Notes: generated by a model not told the origin, from the sequence alone. A DNA stretch of 64,000 nucleotides from Candidatus Freyarchaeum deiterrae (GCA_037305845.1 CP147778.1:1472001-1536000); one strand, 5' to 3'; counted from the stretch's first letter, positions 30,068-41,184 are shown. Made by a program: numbers and translations.

Positions 30068-32539
30068 ATGGAACCTGTGCACTATAAAATACATCTGGAA
30101 CCTGATCTTGATAGTTTTACTTTTCAGGGAGCAACAGATATTGAAATAACGGCTGAAAATTCAGTTGACCGAATTATTTTAAACGCAAACGATTTAGATT
30201 TGCAGAGTTGTAAAGTTAAAAAAGGCGAGGAATATCTTGAATGCATTTTTTCTTTTGATTCGAAAAATGAGGAAGTTACCATTAATCTCCCCAGAAAAAT
30301 GGAAGGTTCTATTGAGCTAACGATTGATTATGTAGGTAATATAAATGATTTAATGGCCGGGTTTTATCGAAGTAAATATGAACAAGATGGACAAGCTAAA
30401 TACATAGCAGTCACACAATTCGAAGAGAGAGAAGCTCGCAGAGCATTTCCCTGCTTCGACCATCCTTTAAAAAAAGCTACTTTCGATGTCGAGTTTGTTA
30501 TCGATGAAAATTTGAAAGGAATTGCAAACACCGCCATAGTTGAAGAGAGGAAATTGGGTAACGGAAAGAAATTGGTACGTTTTGAACGGACACCAAAAAT
30601 GTCCACTTACCTACTTTTCTTCGGTGTTGGAGATTTTGAATTCATTGAAGATTCTTCTGCCAGACCGGTCGTTAGAGTAGCGACGACCCCGGGAAAAACC
30701 CAATATGGTAATTTTGGGCTGCAAATGGGCCGCAAGTCTCTAAAATTTGGCGAAGAATACACCGGCTTTGAATTCCCAATTTCGAAGTGCGACTATATCG
30801 CCGTCCCTGATTTTGCCTTCGGAGCCATGGAGAATTATGGAGCTATCACATTTCGTGAAAACGCCCTCCTAGTATATCCGGGGGTAACCTCTAAACCAGC
30901 TATAGCGAGAATAGCATCAGTAATCGCCCATGAAACCGCCCACATGTGGTTTGGGGACCTCGTAAGTCCAGCAGAGTGGAAATACGTCTGGTTGAATGAA
31001 TCCTTTGCATCATACTTCACGTACACCATTGTTGATAACTATTATCCGGAATGGTCAGTGTGGAATATGTTTGTTGCTGATGAAACGGTCACCGGTCTTG
31101 AAAGAGACTCGCTAGTTGAAACCATGCCGCTAGAGCTGCCAAGCGATGTGGAAGTACGTATTGACGAAGCGAATGCAGATATAATTTATGAGAAGGGGGC
31201 CTCAATCCTCCGCATGCTGGTAGGGTACCTCGGAGAAGAGAAATTCAGAAAAGGCATCCAATACTTTTTAAATAAGCATAAATTCGCCTGTGCGACATCT
31301 CAGGAATTTTGGGCGGCTATTGAAGAAGCTACAGGTGAACCCATAAATGAATTCGCCGAAAGCTGGGTTTATCAATCCGGTTACCCAATCGTCGAAGTGA
31401 AAAGAAAGAGCAATGAACTAATTCTCACCCAGCAAATATTTACGTTCATCCATCAAAACTTAGATAAATCTTGGTTAATTCCGATTAATATATTATTAAT
31501 CCTGAAAAACGGAAAGACAAAGATAATCAACACACTTTTTAAAGGGGAAACAACAAGTGTCCCAATTCCAGAGAACGTAGTTGCTTTCAAAGTAAACACC
31601 GAGCAAACCGGCTTTTACCGAGTCAAATACGAAAAAGAAATGCTAAACAAACTTGGACAACTGGTAAAACAGAAAAAATTATCCGAAATGGACAGCTTCG
31701 GCTTGGAAAACGACCTCTACGCCCTAGTTCAAAGAGGAGACTACTCACTAAGAGACTATCTAGATTTTCTCGAAAAGTACTTCAAACAAGAAGACAGATT
31801 CCTACCACTACTAGATATTTCCCAAAATCTAAAGGAAGCACACCAGGTAGTTGAATCCAAGAGAGAACAAATAAGCAGCCTTGGAAGAAAACTATTTGAA
31901 AACGCCCTCAAAAAGATTGGCTTCGAACCCAAAGACGACGACGGACTACAAGTTTCCACAATCAGAGACATTCTTATCTGGACCGCTTTCACCTTCGACT
32001 CCCAAGACGCCGCCAAGTTCGGAGCAACCAAGTTCCAAAAACTTTTAGACGGAAAAAAAGTACACGCAGACATTCTCCCCAGCACATTGAGAATCGGAGC
32101 AGCAACCAACGAACAAGCAATGGAATACTTGATGAAAAAAATAACAGCCGCAGACACCCCAGAATTGGAAAAATTGTACAGCCTCAATGCACTAGGCTGC
32201 ATAAGAGACAAGCAGAAAATATTAACAGCCTTAGAGTTTAATTTAGAACAGGTTCCCAAAAAGAACAGAAACCAAATAATCAACATGGCAATACAAAACC
32301 CCATCATGACCGACTACATGTGGCAATGGTTCCTCGACAACCAAGTGAAACTGGAACAACTCCACCCAATACACTTCGAAAGAGTAATCGCCGGCCTAAT
32401 CCCCATATGCGGACTAGACAAAGAAACCGAAGTGAAAAAATTCTTCGAAGACTACATGAAGAAAAAAGAAGCCGTCAAAGACACGATAAAAATGACACTC
32501 GAAAAACTAGAAGTAAACTCCAGACTAAGAAATACTTAA
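30068..32539 (+). CDS. M1 family aminopeptidase (PepN / tricorn-interacting factor-like)
   Basis: TQFE, ARRAFPCFD, GAMENYG, HETAH..WLNE, IYEKG, ERAP1-like C-terminus. Confidence 0.95.
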   Translation: MEPVHYKIHLEPDLDSFTFQGATDIEITAENSVDRIILNANDLDLQSCKVKKGEEYLECIFSFDSKNEEVTINLPRKMEGSIELTIDYVGNINDLMAGFYRSKYEQDGQAKYIAVTQFEEREARRAFPCFDHPLKKATFDVEFVIDENLKGIANTAIVEERKLGNGKKLVRFERTPKMSTYLLFFGVGDFEFIEDSSARPVVRVATTPGKTQYGNFGLQMGRKSLKFGEEYTGFEFPISKCDYIAVPDFAFGAMENYGAITFRENALLVYPGVTSKPAIARIASVIAHETAHMWFGDLVSPAEWKYVWLNESFASYFTYTIVDNYYPEWSVWNMFVADETVTGLERDSLVETMPLELPSDVEVRIDEANADIIYEKGASILRMLVGYLGEEKFRKGIQYFLNKHKFACATSQEFWAAIEEATGEPINEFAESWVYQSGYPIVEVKRKSNELILTQQIFTFIHQNLDKSWLIPINILLILKNGKTKIINTLFKGETTSVPIPENVVAFKVNTEQTGFYRVKYEKEMLNKLGQLVKQKKLSEMDSFGLENDLYALVQRGDYSLRDYLDFLEKYFKQEDRFLPLLDISQNLKEAHQVVESKREQISSLGRKLFENALKKIGFEPKDDDGLQVSTIRDILIWTAFTFDSQDAAKFGATKFQKLLDGKKVHADILPSTLRIGAATNEQAMEYLMKKITAADTPELEKLYSLNALGCIRDKQKILTALEFNLEQVPKKNRNQIINMAIQNPIMTDYMWQWFLDNQVKLEQLHPIHFERVIAGLIPICGLDKETEVKKFFEDYMKKKEAVKDTIKMTLEKLEVNSRLRNT

Positions 32540-32738
32540 ACCCCATCGATTTCTCAGAAAAAAGGGGTTTTTTACCAGAAACAGCAACTCAATTACATAC
32601 AGTTTCTCTCCATAAGAAACCTCATCGGGTAGAATAAATCAACTAAATCCTCAAAATGATAATAAACTTATAACTAAGCAAAAGCTTTGAAAAAACTTAA
32701 ATTCTAGCTTCGCATTTTTCATTTCAACAATAAAACGA

Positions 32739-32836
32739 GCCGCCGTAGCTCAGCTCGCAGATGCAAAAATGAAGCAGCCAAAAGCGTCAGACTTGTAATT
32801 TGATGGTCACGCGTTCAAATCGCGTCGGCGGCTCCA
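32739..32836 (+). tRNA. tRNA-Thr(TGT) with one D-arm intron (32761..32782)
   Basis: GCCGCCG/CGGCGGC, CT-TGT-AA loop, TTCAAAT, encoded CCA; D-loop GG appears as CG. Confidence 0.85.
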
Positions 32837-32954
32837 CTTTCTTCTATATTAATTAACGAAAATAGGACAATTTGAACTTTTTTTATATGGTTTGAACCGA
32901 AATAAATAATTCTGGAAAAGGAAAATGGCTCAAAAAGTTCGAGCCTTATTAGGG

Positions 32955-33101
32955 TGGTGCCGAGAGCCAGATTCGAACTGGCGACCTCCGGATCTCTTAT
33001 TCCTGGTTATCTGACCCCATTCTATACAAGATTATGAGTCCGGCGCTCTTTCCTGGGCGTATGGGCTAACCATAAGCCAAGCCAGGCTGAGCGACCTCGG
33101 C
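32955..33101 (-). tRNA. tRNA-Met(CAT), elongator type, with two introns (~33050..33080 D-loop, 32994..33032 at 37/38)
   Basis: GCCGAGG/TCTCGGC, CCGGA-CTCATA|A-TCCGG, TTCGAAT, CCA; 77 nt after splicing. Confidence 0.88.
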
Positions 33102-33285
33102 CCTAGTTTGTAGTTACATGATTGCCTTTTTGTAAGATAAATTTTTTCGTAGGGTTTTTAATTAGTGGATTTAACTGTTTTTTGGTCTTATTTTTTTATC
33201 CTAACTATTAAAGTTTATATGGGGAGTAGTTAAGCTCTTTAGGGGAGTGTTATATTTAAAATTTAGGATTCTTGGTGGGGTTTTT

Positions 33286-35646
33286 ATGAGGTTGGAGTTT
33301 TGGATACTGGATGTGGGTCAAAGGGTTGAGGATGGTGTTTCTAATGTTTTGATGTGGGGCGTTGATAGTGAGGATGGTAGAGTTTTGGTAATGGATGATA
33401 GTTTTCAGCCTTATTTTTATGTTATTCCAGAGGAAGGTGTGGATATTGGGGCGCTGGGTGAGTCTTTGAAGGGTTTGTCGATTTCTGATTCTCCTATTTT
33501 GGGGGTTGATGTTGTTAAGAGGAAGTTGTTTGGAAGGGCTCGGGATGTTATTAGGGTTGTTTTTCGGGATTTTGAGGATGGTTCGAACTATGTTAAAGCC
33601 TTTAAGAAAGTCGATGGTGTTGAGGATTTTCTCGAGGTGGATATTAGGCATTATGTGCGTTACTTGGCGGATAAGAGGATTCGTCCTTGTGGCTGGTATT
33701 CGGCTGAGGTTCAGGAGGTTGAGGGTTTAAAAAGTGGGGGGTATTCGGTTTATAGGCTTGTTGGGGATTTGAAGCCTGTGGAGCGTATGAATTTGCCTGG
33801 GCTGAGGGTGTTAGCTTTTGATATTGAGATTTATAGTCCTTCGGGGGCTTTGAATCCTGAGAAGGATTCTGTGATAATCATAAGTGTGGCTACTAATGGT
33901 GGTGTGGAGAAGCAGTTTGTGGCTAAGGATGGGGAGGATAGGGATGTTTTGAAGGAGTTCTCGGGGTATGTTACAGAGTTTGATCCGGATGTGATTGTGG
34001 GTTACGATTCTAATTTTTTCGATTTTCCGTTTTTGATTGATAGGGCGAAGAAGCTTCGTGTGAAGTTTACTGTTTGTAGAGATGGTTCGGAGCCGCATCT
34101 TAGTGTTTATGGACATGTTTCTGTTGCTGGGAGGGCTCACTTGGAGCTTTATGATATGGCGGAGATGGTGGTTGAGGTCAAAGTTAAGACTCTGAAGAAT
34201 ATTGCGGATTATCTGAAGGTGATGGCGAAGGATTCTCGTGTTTTGATAGAGCATGCTCAGATTCCGAAATATTGGGATGATAAGGATTTGAGAAAACAGC
34301 TTCTACTGTACGCAGCTCAGGATGCTAAGTCCACCATAGGGATTGCTGATAAATTGTTACCCACTGCGATTTCTATGGCTCAGGTTTCGGGTATGCCTCT
34401 AGATCAGGTTATGCGGGCGGGTGTTGGATTCAGGGTGGAGAATATGCTTCTTACGGAGGGGCATATGATTGAGGAGCTTATTCCTAATAAACCTGCGTTT
34501 GGTGGGGGTACTTATGCTGGGGGGTACGTTTTGCAGCCGGTTTCGGGGGTTCATGATAACATTGCGGTGTTTGATTTTGCGTCCATGTATCCGAATCTTA
34601 TGATAAAGTATAACATTTCTCCTGATACTTATGTGCCGCCGAATGAGAAAGTTTCTGAGGATGAGGTGAATATTGCTCCAGTGGTTGGGCATCGCTTCAG
34701 GAAGGAGCCGCCCGGATTCTACAAGAGGATAATTGAGGAATTAATTGCGGAGAGGAGGAAGATTCAGAAAGGCATGGAGAAATTGAATCCGCAAACATTA
34801 CAGTACATTATGATGAACGAGAGGCAGAAAGCGTTCAAAATTATGACAAACGCTGTTTATGGTTATTGTGGTTGGCTTGGTGCCAAATGGTATCTTAAGC
34901 CTGTGGCTGAAGCCACATCCGCATGGGGGAGAGAGATCATAAAGGAAACTATTGAGATGACTAAGAAGTACGGGCTTAAAGTGATTTATGCGGATACGGA
35001 TAGCGTTTTTGTAACTAATGTGAGTGGTGTTGCTGAATTTAGCCGGGAGGTTACGCAGAAGTTGGGGTTGGAAATAAAACCCGATAAATTATACAAGAGA
35101 GTCTTCTTTACCGAGGCGAAGAAGAAGTACGCTGGGCTTTTGGAGAACGATACACTGGATGTGGTGGGTTTTGAAATTGTGAGGGGGGACTGGCCCGAGA
35201 TTGCTAGGGAGGTACAGGAAAACGTGCTTGATATAATTCTTAGAGAGAAAGATTTGGAGAAGGCAATCAAATTTGTTAATGAAACCATCCAGAGGCTGCG
35301 GGAAGGCAAGGTTTCTTTAGATGAACTTGTGATCTGGGAGACTCTGACTAAAACTCCGGAGAAATACAAGGTTAAGGCCCCGCATGTGAGTGCAGCTAAG
35401 AAACTTATGGAGGCAGGAGGCCGCTTAGAAGCGGGTTCAAAGATAGGTTACGTGATAGGAAAAGGCCAAGGCAGTATTTCGGATAGAGCGATTCCCTACA
35501 GTCTAGCTGACATTGGTAATATTGACGTTGAGTATTATGTTGAAAGGCAGATTGCATCAGCAGCATTAAGAGTGCTTGAATATTTTGGAGTAAAAGAAAG
35601 CCAATTCACGGGTAAAAAATCTTCACGACAAACAAAGCTCAAGTAA
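33286..35646 (+). CDS. polB: family B DNA polymerase (PolB3-like)
   Basis: ExoI AFDIE, DFASMYP, KIMTNAVYGY, YADTDS, KKKY; no intein. Confidence 0.96.
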   Translation: MRLEFWILDVGQRVEDGVSNVLMWGVDSEDGRVLVMDDSFQPYFYVIPEEGVDIGALGESLKGLSISDSPILGVDVVKRKLFGRARDVIRVVFRDFEDGSNYVKAFKKVDGVEDFLEVDIRHYVRYLADKRIRPCGWYSAEVQEVEGLKSGGYSVYRLVGDLKPVERMNLPGLRVLAFDIEIYSPSGALNPEKDSVIIISVATNGGVEKQFVAKDGEDRDVLKEFSGYVTEFDPDVIVGYDSNFFDFPFLIDRAKKLRVKFTVCRDGSEPHLSVYGHVSVAGRAHLELYDMAEMVVEVKVKTLKNIADYLKVMAKDSRVLIEHAQIPKYWDDKDLRKQLLLYAAQDAKSTIGIADKLLPTAISMAQVSGMPLDQVMRAGVGFRVENMLLTEGHMIEELIPNKPAFGGGTYAGGYVLQPVSGVHDNIAVFDFASMYPNLMIKYNISPDTYVPPNEKVSEDEVNIAPVVGHRFRKEPPGFYKRIIEELIAERRKIQKGMEKLNPQTLQYIMMNERQKAFKIMTNAVYGYCGWLGAKWYLKPVAEATSAWGREIIKETIEMTKKYGLKVIYADTDSVFVTNVSGVAEFSREVTQKLGLEIKPDKLYKRVFFTEAKKKYAGLLENDTLDVVGFEIVRGDWPEIAREVQENVLDIILREKDLEKAIKFVNETIQRLREGKVSLDELVIWETLTKTPEKYKVKAPHVSAAKKLMEAGGRLEAGSKIGYVIGKGQGSISDRAIPYSLADIGNIDVEYYVERQIASAALRVLEYFGVKESQFTGKKSSRQTKLK

Positions 35647-35747
35647 CAATTTTATTCTTCTTTTTTTTTGAGTTTTAAGGGGCGTTTAATTAAAGGCAAG
35701 TCACTGGAATATTCGGAATGATTCAGTGATTAATAATTATGTTTCTA

Positions 35748-37868
35748 TTAGCATGTTGAGCATCGGATTGAAGGTGAACCGCCTGCATACTCAGACTCTG
35801 CTCTCACATAACGTTCCTCGGGAGGTCGTATAACTAGAACTTGTTCTCTTTTGCTTCCGTATCTAAATATGGTTATACCTTTACATTTTAACTTGTAAGC
35901 AAGCCAATATATTTTTGATGCATCCTCTATGGTAGCCTCTTGTGGGAGATTAACAGTTTTTGACACCGCGTTGTCTACGTATTTCTGGAAAGCCGCCTGC
36001 ATTCTTACATGCCATTCAGGATCTATATCAAGAGCTGTGACGAAAATTCTACGAACGTCTTCAGGGATAGTTTTCATACCCTGAATTGAACCCCTTCTAG
36101 CGATTTCTGTCATTAATTCCGAGTTGTAGAATCCCCTCTCTTTAGCCACCTTTTCAAAGAGAGGGTTTGTTTCAAAGAGTTGAGTTCCAATGACGTTTCT
36201 AACGAATGAGACGGCGAACAGAGGTTCTATACCACTTGATGCCCCTGCAATTATGCTTATCGTTCCAGTAGGAGCTATCGATGTTAAGGTAGCATTGCGC
36301 AAAGCTTTATGCCCTCTCTCTTTCCATATACTATCTTCGAAGTTTGGAAAAGAACCTCTTTCCAAAGCTAATTCCTCCGATTTCTTTACCGCTTCTTTAC
36401 TTATGAATGACATAATCTCCTCGGCAACATCAATAGCCTTGTTTGAATCATATGGAATATTAAGCTGAATGAGCATATCTGCAAAACCCATCACCCCCAA
36501 CCCTATTTTTCGATTCGCCCTTGTAGCCCTATCTACCTGCGGAAGAGGATATTTACTAGCATCAATTACATTATCCAAAAAATGCACCGCCAACCGAACC
36601 AACTCCCTTAGCTTATCCCAGTCTATTTCATCATCTTTAACCATTTTAGGCAAATTAATTGAGCCAAGATTGCAGGATTCATATGGTAATAAGGGAATTT
36701 CCCCACAAGGATTAGTGCTTTCGATTTGTCCAACGTGAGGAGTAGGATTGTGGCGATTTACCTCGTCCAGAAAAATCATACCCGGATCCCCCGTTTTCCA
36801 AGCAGATTCTATCACACTATTAAAAACATCCCTTGCTTTGAGTTTCGTAACAGGTTCCTCTGTTCTAGGATTGATAAGTTCATATGTTCCATCCTTTTCA
36901 ACAACCTCCATGAAAGCATCCGTTACCCCAACGGAGATATTGAAGTTACTAAAGGAGCCCTCCTTCTCCTTCGCTGAAATGAAATCCAGTATGTCAGGAT
37001 GATCTACACGCAGTATGCCCATATTGGCGCCTCTTCTCCGTCCACCCTGCTTGATAACATCCGTAGCGGTGTCAAAAATTCTCATAAAGGAAACAGGGCC
37101 ACTTGCGACCCCCTTAGTGGATCCAACGATATCGCCACTAGGCCTTAATCTAGAAAACGAAAACCCAGTTCCTCCACCAGACTTGTGGATTAACGCCATA
37201 AATTTCAAAGCATCGAAAATCTCATCTATAGAGTCACCCACAGGCAGAACAAAGCATGCAGCAAGCTGGCCGATATTTGTACCCGCGTTCATCAGAGTCG
37301 GAGAATTTGGAAGAAACTCTAATCTAGACATTATTCCATAAAACGCATCCTCAGTCTTCTCTGTTTCAGCGTCGCTATCATAAGATTTATCAACCGCAGC
37401 CAACGTATGAGCAACTCTACGGAACATTTGAGAAGTAGTTTCAATAACTTTACCTTGATCGTCCTTCAAAAGATATCTATTTTCCAAAACCTGTGCGGCG
37501 TTTAAAGACAGTTTTAGATCGTCACTAACCCCTAATAATTTCTTGGCTTCTCTAAGCTCTGTCCTCTTCTGGCGATACAATATGTAAGCCTTGGCAACAT
37601 CCGAAAAACCATTTTTGATAAGCACATTCTCAACAGTGTCCTGTACATCTTCCACCGAGGGAATTCTACCACTAAAATTCTCCTCGATAGTAGCAACCAC
37701 TTGATCCGATAGATTCTTCGCAGTTTCCTCATCTTCCTCTTTAACCGCAATAATCGCCTTATGAATAGCATTAGTAATCTTAACCGGTTCAAATTTAACT
37801 ATACGACCATCACGCTTCCTAATTTCAGAAATACTCGACGCCTCAACCATTTTAATATCCCTCTCCAT
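35748..37868 (-). CDS. nrdJ: class II (B12-dependent) ribonucleotide reductase with ATP cone
   Basis: KRDGR ATP cone, [35 protein letters not shown]. Confidence 0.95.
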   Translation of the reverse strand: MERDIKMVEASSISEIRKRDGRIVKFEPVKITNAIHKAIIAVKEEDEETAKNLSDQVVATIEENFSGRIPSVEDVQDTVENVLIKNGFSDVAKAYILYRQKRTELREAKKLLGVSDDLKLSLNAAQVLENRYLLKDDQGKVIETTSQMFRRVAHTLAAVDKSYDSDAETEKTEDAFYGIMSRLEFLPNSPTLMNAGTNIGQLAACFVLPVGDSIDEIFDALKFMALIHKSGGGTGFSFSRLRPSGDIVGSTKGVASGPVSFMRIFDTATDVIKQGGRRRGANMGILRVDHPDILDFISAKEKEGSFSNFNISVGVTDAFMEVVEKDGTYELINPRTEEPVTKLKARDVFNSVIESAWKTGDPGMIFLDEVNRHNPTPHVGQIESTNPCGEIPLLPYESCNLGSINLPKMVKDDEIDWDKLRELVRLAVHFLDNVIDASKYPLPQVDRATRANRKIGLGVMGFADMLIQLNIPYDSNKAIDVAEEIMSFISKEAVKKSEELALERGSFPNFEDSIWKERGHKALRNATLTSIAPTGTISIIAGASSGIEPLFAVSFVRNVIGTQLFETNPLFEKVAKERGFYNSELMTEIARRGSIQGMKTIPEDVRRIFVTALDIDPEWHVRMQAAFQKYVDNAVSKTVNLPQEATIEDASKIYWLAYKLKCKGITIFRYGSKREQVLVIRPPEERYVRAESEYAGGSPSIRCSTC

Positions 37869-38025
37869 AAAAATGAAAATTCAACTAGAAGCAAATATTA
37901 TTCATTATACTATTGTATCAAGATGAATGTTATTATCTTTTATTCTTTTAAGAGTTATAAACCAAAATTGAGAATTAAGTACTTATAGCAATTATAAATT
38001 TTCCTGTAAAACAGAAGTTAATGAG

Positions 38026-38168
38026 TGGTGCGGGGAGCGAGATTCGAACTCGCGTACTCCTACGAGACTGGATTTTATATCCTAGCTTTTGGGCTACTTT
38101 TTTGGATCTTAAGTCCAGCGCCTGTGATCTTGTCTGACCCCAATTTGACCTGTCTCGGCTATCCCCGC
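38026..38168 (-). tRNA. tRNA-Leu(TAA) with two introns (38124..38144 D-loop, 38074..38107 at 37/38)
   Basis: GCGGGGA/TCCCCGC, CTGGA-CTTAAG|A-TCCAG, variable arm, CCA; 88 nt after splicing. Confidence 0.9.
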
Positions 38169-38271
38169 GATTTTTGGGGTTGAAATTTGAGTGGGCTTTG
38201 TTTCTTATATTTTTATTTGAGGGATAAGCAAGATTTATTTATAGGAGATTATAAGATTTTTGTACCCAACT

Positions 38272-38349
38272 GCCCTGATAGCTCAGCCTGGCTAGAGCGT
38301 CTCATTGGTAATGAGAAGGCCGCGGGTTCGAATCCCGCCCGGGGCTCCA
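38272..38349 (+). tRNA. tRNA-Thr(GGT), intronless
   Basis: TCTCA-TTGGTAA-TGAGA arm, TTCGAAT, CCA; A7-C66 mismatch. Confidence 0.93.
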
Positions 38350-38535
38350 ATTCTTTTTCATTTAAATTGTTTTATTAAATAAACTTAATTTAAGAGGCTT
38401 CAGATTTAAGTTTCAGAGAGAATTTCTAAATTTTGAATGAAGTAGATGTAATAATTATATGGACTGAAAAATTTTTTTGGCGATAGATTGATTAATGTTT
38501 GTAGTAATCTTTGTGTATTCTTGGGTGGTGATGCT

Positions 38536-39219
38536 TTGGCGAACACCGAGTCAAAGAAACGTGCTGCTATGGCTGCTATAAAACATGTTAAGGATGATAT
38601 GGTCATTGGTGTTGGCACTGGTTCCACGGTTTCGTGTTTTATTGAGATTTTGAGTGAGAAGGTTAGAGGGGGTTTGAAGGTTCTTGCAGTGCCCACTTCT
38701 TATCAGTCCGCTATTTTGCTATCTGAACAGGGAGTTCCATTGACCACGCTGATGGATCATCCTTTTCTAGACCTCGTGGTTGATGGTGCGGATGAGATTG
38801 ATCCGGATCTGAACCTTATTAAGGGTGGGGGGGCGGCTCTTACTCAGGAGAAGATTGTAGCGTCCGCTACGGAACATTTGATTATTATTGTTGATTCCTC
38901 CAAACTTGTTCAGCGTCTTGGCGAAACTGGGGCTGTTCCAGTGGAGGTGATTCCTATGGCTTGGAAGCTGGTGAAAATTAAATTGGAAGAGAGGGGTGCG
39001 AGAGTGGTTCTGAGAGAGGGGACTGGAAAGGCTGGCCCCGTGGTCACGGATAATGGTAACTTCGTTTTGGACGCCTACTTTGCAAAAATATCTGATCCCG
39101 GCAGTTTGGAGAAAGAATTGAAGTCTATACCGGGGGTTGTAGAGAATGGCTTGTTTGTTGGTATGGCAGAAATGGTTTATGTGGGATCAGATAAGGATTT
39201 GAAAATTTTACAGAAGTAG
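38536..39219 (+). CDS. rpiA: ribose-5-phosphate isomerase A
   Basis: GVGTGSTV, DGADE, IKGGGAAL..EK, TDNGN. Confidence 0.97.
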   Translation: MANTESKKRAAMAAIKHVKDDMVIGVGTGSTVSCFIEILSEKVRGGLKVLAVPTSYQSAILLSEQGVPLTTLMDHPFLDLVVDGADEIDPDLNLIKGGGAALTQEKIVASATEHLIIIVDSSKLVQRLGETGAVPVEVIPMAWKLVKIKLEERGARVVLREGTGKAGPVVTDNGNFVLDAYFAKISDPGSLEKELKSIPGVVENGLFVGMAEMVYVGSDKDLKILQK

Positions 39220-39222
39220 TAT

Positions 39223-39341
39223 TGGCGGACCGGGCGCGAGTTTCGCTGTTTTCAAGTTTTTACAGCTTCGAACGCGCGGCATCAGGCTTAGGAGGCCTGC
39301 GCCCTTTCAGTTTTTTGTAATCCTGTCTAGGCCACCGGTCC
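39223..39341 (-). tRNA. tRNA-Arg(CCT) with two introns (~39306..39319 D-loop, 39240..39266 T-loop 59/60)
   Basis: GGACCGG/CCGGTCC, CAGGC-CTCCTAA-GCCTG; strict BHB TTCG-AA|G...CGAA-AC|T. Confidence 0.9.
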
Positions 39342-39375
39342 ACTTTTTAGAGATTTTGTTTTGAGTTATTTTTAT

Positions 39376-41028
39376 TTATGTTTTTGCGTATATTTTTTTT
39401 CTGTTCTTAATATTTTCTGTTAGTTTTTTTCCGTAGAATGTGGTTTTTCTTACGCGTATTTGTCCGTCTCTGTTGGTTTTTGAGGTGAATATTGGTTCGT
39501 TGTCTGCGTAGAACTGTAGGTAGTTTTTTCCGTATTCTCTGGATACTGTGAGGATTACATGTTTTTTGTTGATTTCGACTTCTACTGGTACGGTTACTTT
39601 TTCTGCTGTTCTTTTTTCTGCTGGTTCAAGGTTTTCATATCTTTGCTGTTTTCTCTTAGAACCTTTTCTTGTCTCTCCTCCGATTTGTATTACTATGGTT
39701 TGCTCTCCGAAGGTGTATATTTCGTATTGCAGTTGATTGGTTTCGAAGTCACGTACTTCTATTACTGGGCGTGATAGGTCTGATTCGGTCATTCCGGTGG
39801 GAACTTTTACTAGCAGTTTTAGGGAGAGTACTTGGTTTACTTCGCCGCCTTCTATGAAGATTACAGTGTCAACGACTCTGCTTATTAGTCCCAGTTCTAC
39901 TCTTCCTATGAATCGTTCGATGGCGTCTACGGCTCTTGAGGCGTGTACTACTCCGACTAATCCTACGCCTGCGAATCTGAGGTCGGTGTAGATTTTGAAA
40001 TCTTTGGTTTTGCGTAGCTCGTCATATATCACATAGTCGGGTCTTACTAGTAGGAGGATGTCGGCGGTTTTTTCCATATCTCCCCTTAGTGCTGTATACT
40101 GTGTGATTTCGGGGCCTACAGGTAGGTCTCGCGGTTTTTCTAGTGTTTTTACTATTTTGTCTTGTTTTTGGTAAAACTCCGCTAGGGCTGCGGCGAATGT
40201 GCTTTTTCCTGCTCCAGGCTTACCCGCTACTAGTATGCCTTCAGCCTTTTCTTTTAATCGGTCTTTTAGTCTATCCGAGAGGTGGTAGTAGTCTAGGTTT
40301 ACTGATAGTAAGGGTCTCACCGCGGTTATTTCCATTCTGTCTGATAGAGGTGGGCTGATTATGGCTATTCGGTATTCGTGGAGTTGGACTACTGTTGCGC
40401 CTTCCTCGTTTATTTCTATGAAGCAGTCCTTGTCCACTTCTGCGCTCTCAATAATTGAGGTGGTGAGTTTCTGTAGTTGTTGCAGAGTCATGGGTTCGTT
40501 GCTTATGTTTTCTAGTTTCCAGTTTCCAGGTCTTCCTCTTTTTGTCTGGGGGGGTACACCATCCTTCAGATGTACTGAGAGGGAGTCTGGCTGAAAGAAG
40601 TCCTGTATCCTTAATTCTGGTTCTTTTCGTTCACGCTTTATGTAAATTACTTCTATTCCTTCGGCTTCGGAAACTGCTGCTTGGACATAGTCGCTGGTGA
40701 TTAGGGTTGCACCGTTTTTCCTGGCTTCTGAGCGTATGATTTCATCAAGAGCTCCGCTTTCCGCTCTTGTTATATGTTGGAAGCTGGGTCTCTCGCCAGT
40801 AATAGTCAATTTTATTATTCCTTGGTTGTGAAGGCTCCGAATTTTTTTAAGCTCCTCCAATCCTAGCATTCCGGTGGTTTTGGAGCGATTGGCCTGATTT
40901 TCTATTTCCGCTAGAACCGTCTGCGGTATAATTATCTCAATGTCTGTTTCGTTCTTTAGGAAGCCTTCTTCTAACTCTTTGGAGAGAGTTGAACCCAAAA
41001 GTACACTGGTGTCAACAACGTACTTCAT
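39376..41028 (-). CDS. PIN-domain ATPase (PINA family)
   Basis: VVDTS PIN start, GKPGAGKST, LLVRPD..YDE, GVVHA, RFIGRVELG. Confidence 0.92.
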   Translation of the reverse strand: MKYVVDTSVLLGSTLSKELEEGFLKNETDIEIIIPQTVLAEIENQANRSKTTGMLGLEELKKIRSLHNQGIIKLTITGERPSFQHITRAESGALDEIIRSEARKNGATLITSDYVQAAVSEAEGIEVIYIKRERKEPELRIQDFFQPDSLSVHLKDGVPPQTKRGRPGNWKLENISNEPMTLQQLQKLTTSIIESAEVDKDCFIEINEEGATVVQLHEYRIAIISPPLSDRMEITAVRPLLSVNLDYYHLSDRLKDRLKEKAEGILVAGKPGAGKSTFAAALAEFYQKQDKIVKTLEKPRDLPVGPEITQYTALRGDMEKTADILLLVRPDYVIYDELRKTKDFKIYTDLRFAGVGLVGVVHASRAVDAIERFIGRVELGLISRVVDTVIFIEGGEVNQVLSLKLLVKVPTGMTESDLSRPVIEVRDFETNQLQYEIYTFGEQTIVIQIGGETRKGSKRKQQRYENLEPAEKRTAEKVTVPVEVEINKKHVILTVSREYGKNYLQFYADNEPIFTSKTNRDGQIRVRKTTFYGKKLTENIKNRKKIYAKT

Positions 41029-41184
41029 TTTTCATTCTCCGAATACGTAGTTCTTAAAAGTTTAAACAAATTACCTTGTGAAAGGTACAAAACGGATAGC
41101 CTAAAAAGATTTTCTACGCTATAGAAAAATTAGAAACTCCGTAAGAAAGATTGATATAAATCTTTTGCGATAAAGTTCAGAGAT

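Noticed and set aside
29841-32738. tRNA-integrated island carrying the aminopeptidase
   Set aside because: No integrase and no duplicated tRNA end (att site) is visible
33286-37868. Inteins in PolB or RNR (also checked in RadA)
   Set aside because: Normal lengths and contiguous catalytic motifs
38187-38378. Small ORFs overlapping tRNA genes (also 41261..41458)
   Set aside because: The sequence is explained by tRNA-Thr, and by tRNA-Arg plus the dUTPase-family gene
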